From an uncultured Methanosarcinales archaeon (lineage in GTDB: Archaea > Nanobdellota > Nanobdellia > Woesearchaeales > CAYPCY01): a DNA stretch of 64,000 bases. Positions 53,399 to 62,748 of the stretch are shown piece after piece (the stretch's first letter is position 1; every line of letters begins with the position of its first letter). The stretch spans positions 10,608 to 74,607 of the forward strand of contig CAYPCY010000002.1 in assembly GCA_964409385.1 (NCBI GenBank). The letters are read 5' to 3'. The position numbers were made by a program, and so were the translations under genes. The notes below the pieces were generated by a model. It ran no database searches and was not told where the DNA came from. It saw nothing but the letters and a program-made list of their open reading frames with translations.

Positions 53399-54643
53399 TT
53401 GAGGCTAAAAAAAGTTATTGCTAGGCAGATTCTGGATTCGAGAGGAAATCCGACTATAGAATGTGAATTACACACTAAAAGAAATCATGTTCTTGAACAA
53501 GTTCCTTCTGGGGCTAGTACTGGATCTTATGAGGCTCTTGAATTAAGAGATAAGAGTAAAGAATTCCATGGTAAAGGAGTAAAAAAAGTTATTAATAACA
53601 TTGAAAAATTAGAAATTTTATTGACAAAAAGAAGTTTTAAGTCGCAAAGAGAATTTGATACTTTCTTAATAAAACAAGATGGAACAGAAAATAAATCTAA
53701 AATAGGCGCTAATGCAATTCTTGCCTTAAGCTTGACATTTGCTAGGCTCCACTCAAAAGAATTAAAAATCCCATTATATAAGTATATTTCAAAAATTTCA
53801 AGAAGAAAATCTATTTTGCCAATTCCTTTCATGAATATTATTAATGGAGGGGTTCATGCAGAGGGAAAATTAAAATTTCAAGAGTTTATGATAGTTCCAT
53901 TTGGAAGAACATTTCAAGATTCTGTAAGAATTGGTAGCGAAATATATAATTCGTTAAAAGAGAAAATTTCTAAAAAATTTGGAGTTTCAGGAACTAGAGT
54001 AGGTGATGAAGGAGGATTTGCGCCTAATTTAACAGTGAGGCAAGCTTTGAATTTACTAGTTGAAACTATAGAATGTGAAGGTTATCATAATAAGGTGAAA
54101 ATTGCTTTAGATGTTGCAGCTTCAGAAATTTTCCATAATGAAAAATACTTTGTTGATGGAAAGAACATAAATTCCTCTGCATTAATAAGAAAATATCAAG
54201 AATTAGTTTCTCAATATCCCATAATTTCTATAGAAGATCCTTTTCATGAGGATGCATTCTCTGATTTTGCAAAAGTACATAAGAGGATTAGAAAAACAAA
54301 AATTGTGGGAGACGATCTTACTGTAACAAACATTTCAAGAATTAAGCAAGCAATAGCGCATAAAAGTTGTAATACTTTATTATTAAAAGTTAATCAGATT
54401 GGAACCTTGACAGAATCTATTGATGCTGCAAGTTTGGCATTCAGAAATGGTTGGGGTGTAATGGTAAGTCATCGTAGTGGAGAGACAGAATCAACCTTTA
54501 TTGCTGACTTGGCTGTTGGCTTGGGTTGTGGAATGATAAAATCAGGAGCGCCTTGCAGGGGTGAAAGAACAGCTAAATATAATAGATTATTAAGAATTGA
54601 AGAAGATCTTATAAAATTTGCAGGGAGAACTATTCTAAAATGA
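53399..54643 (+). CDS. eno: Enolase
   Basis: DSRGNPT, VPSGASTG, GDEGGFAP, SIEDPF, VGDDL, SHRSGET; TTG start with GAGGTG SD. Confidence 0.97.
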   Translation: MRLKKVIARQILDSRGNPTIECELHTKRNHVLEQVPSGASTGSYEALELRDKSKEFHGKGVKKVINNIEKLEILLTKRSFKSQREFDTFLIKQDGTENKSKIGANAILALSLTFARLHSKELKIPLYKYISKISRRKSILPIPFMNIINGGVHAEGKLKFQEFMIVPFGRTFQDSVRIGSEIYNSLKEKISKKFGVSGTRVGDEGGFAPNLTVRQALNLLVETIECEGYHNKVKIALDVAASEIFHNEKYFVDGKNINSSALIRKYQELVSQYPIISIEDPFHEDAFSDFAKVHKRIRKTKIVGDDLTVTNISRIKQAIAHKSCNTLLLKVNQIGTLTESIDAASLAFRNGWGVMVSHRSGETESTFIADLAVGLGCGMIKSGAPCRGERTAKYNRLLRIEEDLIKFAGRTILK

Positions 54644-55458
54644 ACAATTCTGTTAAAGAATTAAATGAAATTTCTAGAAAGGCAAGAATTGATATTATTA
54701 AAACATTATGTAATGCAAAGTCAGGCCATACAGCTGGTCCTTTAGGAATGGTTGAAGTTTTTACTGTATTATATTATGAAGTTTTAAATCATAAACCTTC
54801 AAATCCTGAATGGAAGGATAGAGATAGATTAATACTTAGTAATGGTCATATTTGTCCAGTATTATATGTAACTCTTGCAAATCTAGGTTATTTTCCTAAA
54901 GAAGAATTGAAGACTTTTAGAAGAATAAATTCTAGACTTCAAGGTCATCCTCATAATTTATACACTCCAGGAGTGGAAAATAGTTCTGGACCATTAGGAC
55001 AGGGTATTTCTCAAGCAATGGGGTTTGCCTTAGCTGCTAAAATTAAGGGAGAGAAACATAGAATTTATTGTATTACTAGTGATGGTGAACATAATGAGGG
55101 GCAGACTTGGGAAGCTTACATGTTTGCTTCAAAACAAAATCTTAATAATTTAACTATATTAATAGACAGGAATAATATTCAGATTGATGGTTCGACTAAG
55201 GATATAATGCCTTTAGAGCCTCTGAAAGAAAAACTTGAAAGTTTTAACATGCATGTTATTGAGATTGACGGTAATAATATTAGTGAGATTTTAGATGCTT
55301 GTAATGAGGCTGAAAAATCTAATAAGACAAGCGTTATAATTTGTCATACTATTCCTGGAAAAGAAGTTAGTTTTATGGAGAATAATTTTGAATGGCATGG
55401 AAAACCTCCAAGTACGGAAGAAACTGAAAAAGCATTGTTGGAGTTAGAAAATGGATGA
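54640..55458 (+). CDS. Transketolase, N-terminal subunit
   Basis: SGH, DR.ILS.GH, LQGHP, G.LGQG, SDGE..EG..WE TPP motif. Confidence 0.95.
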   Translation: MNNSVKELNEISRKARIDIIKTLCNAKSGHTAGPLGMVEVFTVLYYEVLNHKPSNPEWKDRDRLILSNGHICPVLYVTLANLGYFPKEELKTFRRINSRLQGHPHNLYTPGVENSSGPLGQGISQAMGFALAAKIKGEKHRIYCITSDGEHNEGQTWEAYMFASKQNLNNLTILIDRNNIQIDGSTKDIMPLEPLKEKLESFNMHVIEIDGNNISEILDACNEAEKSNKTSVIICHTIPGKEVSFMENNFEWHGKPPSTEETEKALLELENG

Positions 55459-56374
55459 AAAATCAACTAGGGAAGGATTTGGAGATGCAATTCTTGAATT
55501 AGGAAATGACTCTAGAGTTATTGCTTTAACTGCTGATTTGGGGAGTAGTTTAAAATTGAATAATTTCAAAAAAAAATTTCCTGAAAGATATTTTAATGTT
55601 GGTGTTGCCGAACAAAATATGGCATCAATTTCTGCAGGTTTGGCTTTGGAAGGATTGATTCCTTTCATGACTAGTTTTGTTGCTTTTTCTCCATACAGAA
55701 ATTTTGATCAGATAAGAACTAGTATTGCTTATTCTAATGCTAATGTTAAGATTTGCTCTAGTCATGCTGGTTTATCAACAGGTGAGGATGGAGCTACGCA
55801 TCAGGCATTAGAGGATATTTCTATGATGCGATCTTTGCCTAACATGGTTGTTCTAGTCCCTGCTGATTATGAAGAAGCTAAAAAAGTGATAAAAGAAGCT
55901 TATAATTATGAAGGTCCTGTTTATGTAAGGTTAGGAAGAGAAAAATTTTCTGTAATAACTAATAAAAGAAAGTTTAAAATTGGTAAGGCTGATATTTTAA
56001 GGAAAGGAAAGGATATTACAATAATTGCGTGTGGTATAATGGTTGGGAAAGCATTGGAAGCTGCAGAACTTCTTGAAAAAAAAGGTATTTATGCAGAAGT
56101 TATTAATTCACCTTCCATAAAGCCTTTCGATTCAGAAACTCTTTTGAAATCTGTAATAAAAACAGGATATTTAATATCTTGCGAAGAACACCAAATTTTT
56201 GGTGGTTTGGGAAGTGTTGTTTCTGAAGTTATAGTTAAAAATTATCCAATTCCTCAAGAATTCATTGCAGTTAATGATTCTTTTGGAGAATCTGGAAAGT
56301 CGGAAGAAGTATTGAAAAAGTATGGGTTGACAGTAGAAAAAATTGTGAATACTGTATTAAAACTAAAGTCTTAA
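55451..56374 (+). CDS. Transketolase, C-terminal subunit
   Basis: GVAEQNM, GEDGATHQ.LED, GPVY.RL.R, EEH...GGLG. Confidence 0.95.
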   Translation: MDEKSTREGFGDAILELGNDSRVIALTADLGSSLKLNNFKKKFPERYFNVGVAEQNMASISAGLALEGLIPFMTSFVAFSPYRNFDQIRTSIAYSNANVKICSSHAGLSTGEDGATHQALEDISMMRSLPNMVVLVPADYEEAKKVIKEAYNYEGPVYVRLGREKFSVITNKRKFKIGKADILRKGKDITIIACGIMVGKALEAAELLEKKGIYAEVINSPSIKPFDSETLLKSVIKTGYLISCEEHQIFGGLGSVVSEVIVKNYPIPQEFIAVNDSFGESGKSEEVLKKYGLTVEKIVNTVLKLKS

Positions 56375-57520
56375 ATTTTCTAAGTAGGAGTAAGCAACTA
56401 CTGCTGCAGCTCTTAATCTAACTCTTGGATTTAGCATTAATGTATTATTTAATTGTTTGATTTCTTGGTTTGTTTTAATTCCTTTCTTAATTGAGAATTT
56501 TTCATATAATTCATTAATATCATTTACTTGTTTAAAAAATTCAGGATATTCTTTTTGAGAATTTTTAATTAATTCTTTAAATCTTATTTTTGTATCTCTC
56601 TTCAAATTTTGTTCCAAGTAATTTATTGAGTTTTTATTATTAAGAGTTTCGGTTCTTAATATCCACAAACCATTTTTTTTCTCATAATTTTGTAGTGTAT
56701 ATTCCATTTTAATTTCATCAAGACTTTCTCTATAGAACCTGTTATCACCATGGTTTTTCTTTTGTAGTGCTCTTGTGAATGGATAATTGTTGCCTATGCC
56801 TATGAAGTAAGGAAAATTAATTCCTTTGTTTGTTGTTCTATCCTTAACCACTAAATATTTTATGTGAATTTTTTCCAAGTCATAAAATCCTGTAAATTGT
56901 TTATTATCTATTTTCTCTTCTTTTAATAAATCTACTAGTTCTAATTCTTCTTCAGCAAGCATTTCAAGAAGTGAATATTTATTAGGATTTTTCATTTTAA
57001 AAACACTAATATTTGAAAATTTATTATGTCTAAATTCATTCTTGTATAGTCTTTCAAGCAAGTTTTCTTGATTATATAACCAATCCTTCATTAATAACTG
57101 TGCTGCATAGTGACTCTCGAAAAATTCTTGATCTATAACTTTTACAAAATCTAATTTCAATTTGTCTAATGTTTCTTCGAATTTTTTTGGAATTTTCTTT
57201 CGGATATTAGTTACTACTTGCACTCCGACTGTAGTGTTTAAAGTAAACAAGTAACTATCATTAGTTTTAAAGAAAGTATAATCACAATTAGGTTTTTCTC
57301 TAATGTTACTATCTGTATTTAGTAGATAATTAGAAACCTTATCTAAATTTTCTCCAGTATGTAAATAATTTAAAGATGCAAAATTATGACTTTTTTTGGC
57401 ACTTTCAATTTCTTTATTTTGTTCGCTAGTAGGTAAAATGGAAAAGTTGAAATCAGGAGAGTATAGGCGTTCCATCATACTTTCAATATCTACAGTGTGA
57501 TTTTCGAAATGACTTAACAT
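56363..57520 (-). CDS. Hypothetical protein
   Basis: 385-aa ORF, no recognised motif. Confidence 0.6.
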   Translation of the reverse strand: MLSHFENHTVDIESMMERLYSPDFNFSILPTSEQNKEIESAKKSHNFASLNYLHTGENLDKVSNYLLNTDSNIREKPNCDYTFFKTNDSYLFTLNTTVGVQVVTNIRKKIPKKFEETLDKLKLDFVKVIDQEFFESHYAAQLLMKDWLYNQENLLERLYKNEFRHNKFSNISVFKMKNPNKYSLLEMLAEEELELVDLLKEEKIDNKQFTGFYDLEKIHIKYLVVKDRTTNKGINFPYFIGIGNNYPFTRALQKKNHGDNRFYRESLDEIKMEYTLQNYEKKNGLWILRTETLNNKNSINYLEQNLKRDTKIRFKELIKNSQKEYPEFFKQVNDINELYEKFSIKKGIKTNQEIKQLNNTLMLNPRVRLRAAAVVAYSYLENLRL

Positions 57521-57552
57521 ATAATAAGGAAATATTCTCTTCTTTTTATAGT

Positions 57553-59997
57553 TTAAAGATTAATTAGTGCTTGTTCCATATTAAGTAGTGTTTTTTGTAT
57601 ACTTCCTGTAGAAACATATTTTTGAAGGAAAATTAGTTTCCCACTAAATATTAACATGCCTAAAATTATGAATATTAGTGCAGAAATTAAAGTTGTAGAG
57701 TGAACTTTGAAAGTTTTATTGAATATTTTGAATTTTAGGATTTTTCCCTTGATAAAAAGCCATATTTTTCCTTTCTTACTTCTTTTATCAATTACTGTGG
57801 ATAATATTATTAATGGAATTCCCAGGCCTACAGCATATAAGAATAGTAAAAGTCCTCCTTTAAGTGTAGAATCTAATGTTGAGGATAATAATAATATTGA
57901 GGCGAGTATTGGCCCTACACAGGGAGTCCATGAAATACCCATTACTCCTCCGAACAAGAAACTTCCAAAATAAGTTGTTGGTTTTTTTTGTTTTATATGA
58001 ATTCCTGAAAATCCCTTTCCAAATAAGATGTAAATTCCGAATGTAATTATTAAAATGCCAGCAATTTGAGAAAATACGGTTAAGTTTGTTTTTAAAAAAA
58101 TTCCAAAAGTTGTTGCTGTCATTCCTAATATTGTGAAGATAATACTCAATCCTAGGAAGAATGCGACTGTCATTCCTTTCAAATTTTTTCTTCTTGCCTT
58201 TAAGGAGTATGCAACAAAAGCGGGCAAGATTGGTAAACTACATGGTGAAGCGAAAGAAATAAATCCTGCAATTAATGCAATAATGCCTATTAGTAATATG
58301 CTTGTTTTTTCTTCTTTATATAATTCTATTAGATTATCCGCCCAGAAATTTTCTTGTTTTTCTAATTCTATTTTTTTTATTATTTCTTCATTATCATAAT
58401 ATTTTTGTAATAAATTATTTTCAAGGATTAATTCTGAAGATTTTATATAATAATAATTCCTGTCTAGTCCGCCGATATTATCAAGTTGGCTTCCTAATGT
58501 TTTAATTCCTGCATTTAAATATTCTAGATTTTCAGTTAATAAGTAGAGTTTTATCATTGAATAACTCATTATTCCATTTTCTTCTATTGGATTTGTTAGT
58601 AATAAGTTTTCTCCAGGAGCATAAATTTTAGTGTCTGGACTATTCCTTTCAAAGAAGCCTCCTGAATTCCAATCATAGAGTTTGTCTAAAGAATAATCTG
58701 CTAATGTTTTTGCAGCATCTAAATACTCTTCATTGTTTAAACTTTCATAACCTTGAATAAAAGCAAGCAATAAGTAAGAATTATCTAATAGGTTTCCTCT
58801 AACTCCTTTTTCATCATCTTTATAATAATGATATGCTCCTTGTTCAATATCTTCTTTGAAGAAATTGAGTGTTTTAGTACTCATCTCTTCATATTTTGGA
58901 TTTTCTGTTTTTTGGAATAAGTAAGAATAAGTTATTACTGCTTCAGAATTCCAGTTTGTATAAACTGTTTTTTCAACTCTTGGTTTTCCTTCAGGTCTAG
59001 GATTTTCTGCATAATAATGTTGTTCGCCATGAACATCACTATTTCCATAAAATGTTCCTTCAGGATTGTACCAGTTTGTCTCAATAAAACTTAATGTTTT
59101 GTCAACTACTTCATTAACTAAAGAGTATTCTTCAATAAGTTTCAGATGATAATATACCCTTAACAATCTTGCATTGTCATAAAGCATTTTTTCATAATGG
59201 GGTGGTGTCCATTCTCTTGTCGTTCCGTACCTGTGAAATCCTCCTTCTATTGGATCGAACAAATTATAATTTGTTTCTAACTCGTTAATATTTGTGTATT
59301 GATTTGCCAGAGTATTTTTTACAAGGTTCAAGAATCTTTCATCATTTGTTGTTTCATAAATTTCTAATGCATAATCTAGACTTCTTCCTTGTGGGAATTT
59401 CTGTCCAGTACCAAAACCCCCATGGACTGTATCATAAGATCTTAATAAGTAATTAGTATATCCACTTATTAAAAGTTTAAGATCCATTTCTTCAGGTATT
59501 GTCTGTTGTTTTTTTGTATAACTATAACTTATTCTTTCAGTGAATTCTTTTCCTTGAGTTTTTGCAATTCCCTCCTCTAAATTTTGCATTAGTAGTTGCG
59601 GTGGTCTTGCTCCAGAAAATCCTAGTAGTCTTTCTCTTGATGGAAGCATTATTGTTGTTGAAGGCCATCCTCCTTCCAGATATTGTCTTGTTAAGTCTTG
59701 TCTCTGATCCGCATCTACATATATAGGAATATATTCAGAATTTATTTTTTCTACTATGCTTGGATGAAATAAGTAATCTTCACTTTCATAAACTTGGCAC
59801 CAGTAACACCATGAAGGTGCTGTTAGTAGTAAGAATATTGGTTTGTTTTCATCTAATGATTCTTTGAATGTATTTGGTTCATAAGATCGCCAGTCTATTA
59901 ATGATGTTAATTCTTCAGTATGTTCATAACTGTAGTGGGAATTTGCTAATACTTGTGGTAGTATCAGTAATAATAAAAACAGTATTTTAATTTTCAT
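57553..59997 (-). CDS. Exported DUF255/YyaL-like thioredoxin plus helical-barrel protein fused to a CcdA/DsbD transmembrane domain
   Basis: Signal peptide; WCYWC; GGWP; PHYEKMLYDNA; C-terminal SPC.LP and WTPCVGP TM cysteines. Confidence 0.85.
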   Translation of the reverse strand: MKIKILFLLLLILPQVLANSHYSYEHTEELTSLIDWRSYEPNTFKESLDENKPIFLLLTAPSWCYWCQVYESEDYLFHPSIVEKINSEYIPIYVDADQRQDLTRQYLEGGWPSTTIMLPSRERLLGFSGARPPQLLMQNLEEGIAKTQGKEFTERISYSYTKKQQTIPEEMDLKLLISGYTNYLLRSYDTVHGGFGTGQKFPQGRSLDYALEIYETTNDERFLNLVKNTLANQYTNINELETNYNLFDPIEGGFHRYGTTREWTPPHYEKMLYDNARLLRVYYHLKLIEEYSLVNEVVDKTLSFIETNWYNPEGTFYGNSDVHGEQHYYAENPRPEGKPRVEKTVYTNWNSEAVITYSYLFQKTENPKYEEMSTKTLNFFKEDIEQGAYHYYKDDEKGVRGNLLDNSYLLLAFIQGYESLNNEEYLDAAKTLADYSLDKLYDWNSGGFFERNSPDTKIYAPGENLLLTNPIEENGIMSYSMIKLYLLTENLEYLNAGIKTLGSQLDNIGGLDRNYYYIKSSELILENNLLQKYYDNEEIIKKIELEKQENFWADNLIELYKEEKTSILLIGIIALIAGFISFASPCSLPILPAFVAYSLKARRKNLKGMTVAFFLGLSIIFTILGMTATTFGIFLKTNLTVFSQIAGILIITFGIYILFGKGFSGIHIKQKKPTTYFGSFLFGGVMGISWTPCVGPILASILLLSSTLDSTLKGGLLLFLYAVGLGIPLIILSTVIDKRSKKGKIWLFIKGKILKFKIFNKTFKVHSTTLISALIFIILGMLIFSGKLIFLQKYVSTGSIQKTLLNMEQALINL

Positions 59998-59999
59998 AA

Positions 60000-60761
60000 T
60001 TATTTTTTTCCGAATAGCCAATTAATGAGTCCTTTCTTTACTTGTGGTTCTTGAAGTGTAGGCGGGGGTGTTAATTCTGGAGTTAGTTCGGGAGTTTTTT
60101 CATTCGTTTCCAAACTTTTCAAGTTTTCTTTTGCATTATTCCAGTCTTCTAAGAACTTTTCCAATCCCTTGTCTGTTAATGGGTGGTTGAATAATTGCCA
60201 TAGTATTTTTGGTGGTATTGTTGCTATTTCTGCACCTATTAATGCGCATTCTTTGACTTGTTCTGGACTTCTAATGCTTGCAGCTATTATTGCTGTTTTA
60301 AATTCATAATTATCATATGCTATTCTTATATCTTCTATTAAGCTTAATCCGTTCATTCCAATATCATCTAGTCTTCCGAGAAATGGACTGGCGTATGTCG
60401 CTCCTGCTTTTGCTGCTAGTATTGCTTGATTAACAGAGAAGATTAGTGTAACATTTATTTTTATGCCTCGTTTACTTAAATGTTTTGTTGCTTTCATTCC
60501 TTCTGAAGTCATTGGGATTTTAACAACTATATTTTTGTTAAGTCTTGATAGTTGCATCGCTTCTTTTACCATTTCTTTTGATTCTGTTGAGATTACTTCT
60601 GCACTTATTGGTCCATTTATTATTTTAGAAATTTCTTTGATTAATGTTTTGAATTCTTTTCCTTCTTTGCTTGCTAATGTTGGGTTTGTAGTAATTCCAT
60701 CTATGAAGTTTTTTGCTTTTTTTATTTCTTCAATATCCGCAGTGTCTAGGAACAATTTCAT
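60000..60761 (-). CDS. tal: Transaldolase (TalC/FSA-like family)
   Basis: FLDTAD, GITTNPTL, VVKIP, NVTLIFS, SPFLGRLDD, HPLTD.G. Confidence 0.93.
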   Translation of the reverse strand: MKLFLDTADIEEIKKAKNFIDGITTNPTLASKEGKEFKTLIKEISKIINGPISAEVISTESKEMVKEAMQLSRLNKNIVVKIPMTSEGMKATKHLSKRGIKINVTLIFSVNQAILAAKAGATYASPFLGRLDDIGMNGLSLIEDIRIAYDNYEFKTAIIAASIRSPEQVKECALIGAEIATIPPKILWQLFNHPLTDKGLEKFLEDWNNAKENLKSLETNEKTPELTPELTPPPTLQEPQVKKGLINWLFGKK

Positions 60762-61177
60762 TTGTCTATTTTTTTAAGTCTTCTTTGGTGTCTTCCACCA
60801 TCAAATTTTTCTTTTATCCATGCGTTTACTATTTTTTCAGGATTGTCTATGGTAAATTTCTGTCCTAGGCATAGTATGTTTGAATTGTTGTGTTTTCGGG
60901 AATATTTTGTTTCTTTTATTGTTCTGCATAATGTTGCTCTTATTCCTTTTATTCTATTTGCTGCAATGCTCATTCCTATTCCACTGCCACATATTAATAT
61001 TCCTCTTTCTTTTGTTTTTGATACTGTCTTTGCTAGTTTTTTTGCATAGTCTGGATAATCATCTTTTTCATCTAGTTTTTTTGTGTAATCTATTATGTTA
61101 TGTTTTTTTTCTAGGTATTTCTTAATTTGATTTTTTAATTTCCAGCCGGCATGGTCTGAAGCCAGGTATATTTTCAT
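60758..61177 (-). CDS. rpiB: Ribose-5-phosphate isomerase B
   Basis: SDHAG, DYPD, CGSGIGM...AN, HNN.N.L, GGRH.RR. Confidence 0.96.
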   Translation of the reverse strand: MKIYLASDHAGWKLKNQIKKYLEKKHNIIDYTKKLDEKDDYPDYAKKLAKTVSKTKERGILICGSGIGMSIAANRIKGIRATLCRTIKETKYSRKHNNSNILCLGQKFTIDNPEKIVNAWIKEKFDGGRHQRRLKKIDK

Positions 61178-61212
61178 ATAATTATTTGAAGCTGTCTTGT
61201 ATATAAATTTTT

Positions 61213-61773
61213 TTAAGAAAATAGTTTATTTATTGCTTTCTCTAATTGCTTGTAAATATTTGTGGTTTCTATGCTTTCTCCTTGTTTGAATGATTTTAAC
61301 ATTTCTGTCATGTACCATTTAGTTGATTTTTTCCCGCCTTTAAAATTTAACCAGAGTTTGTCACCGTATTTTTTTTGGTCTTCTATTAATGATCTTGTGT
61401 TTGCTAGTTTGTCAGAGCAAGAAATTAGTTTTATGTCTTTACTTGTTGTTTTCATGAATTTTATAGTGTGTTCTTTTCTTTCTTTCCATGTTTCAGTAAT
61501 GTTTTTTCTTAATTCTTCAGGTTCTGTAACTCCATCTACTAATACTGCAATTTTATTTCCGAATTCTTTTTTTATGTCTTTTATTGTTATGTTTGTATCT
61601 TCTACAGTATCATGTAGTAATGATGCTATTATTAAGTCTTCATGTACTTTTTCTTTCATTAGGTTTATGGCTACTTCCATTGGATGAAGTATGTATGGTG
61701 CATTGGATACTTTTCTTTTTTGGTTGTTGTGCGATTTTAATGCTATTTCAAAGGCTTTTGCTATTTTGTTCAT
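61213..61773 (-). CDS. HD-domain small alarmone hydrolase-like protein (Mesh1/SpoT HD family)
   Basis: H..Q.RK....PY..HP..VA, LLHDTVEDT, V..VT, DKL.N. Confidence 0.88.
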   Translation of the reverse strand: MNKIAKAFEIALKSHNNQKRKVSNAPYILHPMEVAINLMKEKVHEDLIIASLLHDTVEDTNITIKDIKKEFGNKIAVLVDGVTEPEELRKNITETWKERKEHTIKFMKTTSKDIKLISCSDKLANTRSLIEDQKKYGDKLWLNFKGGKKSTKWYMTEMLKSFKQGESIETTNIYKQLEKAINKLFS

Positions 61774-61842
61774 GTTGTATGGTGTTTTAATATCTTATTT
61801 AAATCTTAAGATTTAAAAAACACTTCTCATTTCCTTTAGTTT

Positions 61843-62037
61843 ATGAGTATTGATGATAAATTACCTAGAGAGAGTGGTAATATTACTTTATATACTGCTT
61901 CTGATATTTATAGAGGTTTGATTGAATCTTACAAGAGAGAACTTACTAGTAAGAATAATCGCAAGAATTATGAGTTAAGGAAAAAAATTGAACTTTTTGA
62001 GAGAAGATACCAAGCATTGAGAAGAAGGGAAGAGTAG
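61843..62037 (+). CDS. Hypothetical small basic protein
   Basis: 64-aa ORF with upstream TATA-like TTTAAA. Confidence 0.45.
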   Translation: MSIDDKLPRESGNITLYTASDIYRGLIESYKRELTSKNNRKNYELRKKIELFERRYQALRRREE

Positions 62038-62072
62038 AAAAATTTATATTGTTAGTTCTTAGAAATTAGTTT

Positions 62073-62696
62073 ATGAAGATTGCTCCTTCCTTATTGGCTA
62101 CTGGGTTTAAGGATTTAGACAGGAATCTTTCCAGAATTTCTAATGCGGATTATGTTCATATTGATGTCATGGATGGTTATTTTGTGAGTGAGAAGACTGT
62201 TGATCATGAGCTTGTTGGTAGGATTAAAACGGGTTTGGTTAAGGATGTTCATTTGATGATTCAAACTCCTGAAAAGTTTGTTAAGGATTATATTGATGCA
62301 GGTGCGGATTTGATTAGTTTTCATGTTGAGGCTTGTAGGGATCCTTCTAGTTTGATTAAGTATATTAAGAGTTTTGGTGTTAAGGTTTCTATTGCTTTAA
62401 ATCCTGAGACTAGTGTTGATAAGGTTTTGAATTATTTGGGTAGTGTTGATCAGGTTTTGGTGATGTCTGTTCATCCTGGTAGGGGTGGTCAGGAGTTTAT
62501 TAGTGGTTGTTTGGATAAGATTAGGATGATTAGGAGGTTATTTCCTCTTTTGGATATTCAGGTTGATGGTGGTATTAATTTAGAATCTGGTTTTCAGGCT
62601 GCTAGGGCTGGGGCTAATGTTTTAGTGTCGGGTTCTTTCATTTTTGATTCTGATTGTGAGAAGACTATTGAGTTGTTGAGGAAGACTAATATTTAG
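62073..62696 (+). CDS. rpe: Ribulose-phosphate 3-epimerase
   Basis: IAPSLL, HIDVMDG.FV, DVHLM, FHVE, MSV.PG..GQ, VDGGI. Confidence 0.96.
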   Translation: MKIAPSLLATGFKDLDRNLSRISNADYVHIDVMDGYFVSEKTVDHELVGRIKTGLVKDVHLMIQTPEKFVKDYIDAGADLISFHVEACRDPSSLIKYIKSFGVKVSIALNPETSVDKVLNYLGSVDQVLVMSVHPGRGGQEFISGCLDKIRMIRRLFPLLDIQVDGGINLESGFQAARAGANVLVSGSFIFDSDCEKTIELLRKTNI

Positions 62697-62748
62697 AAAT
62701 TTTTTATTAACAATATTTATTAATTATTTCTTTCTTTTACTTGGCTGA

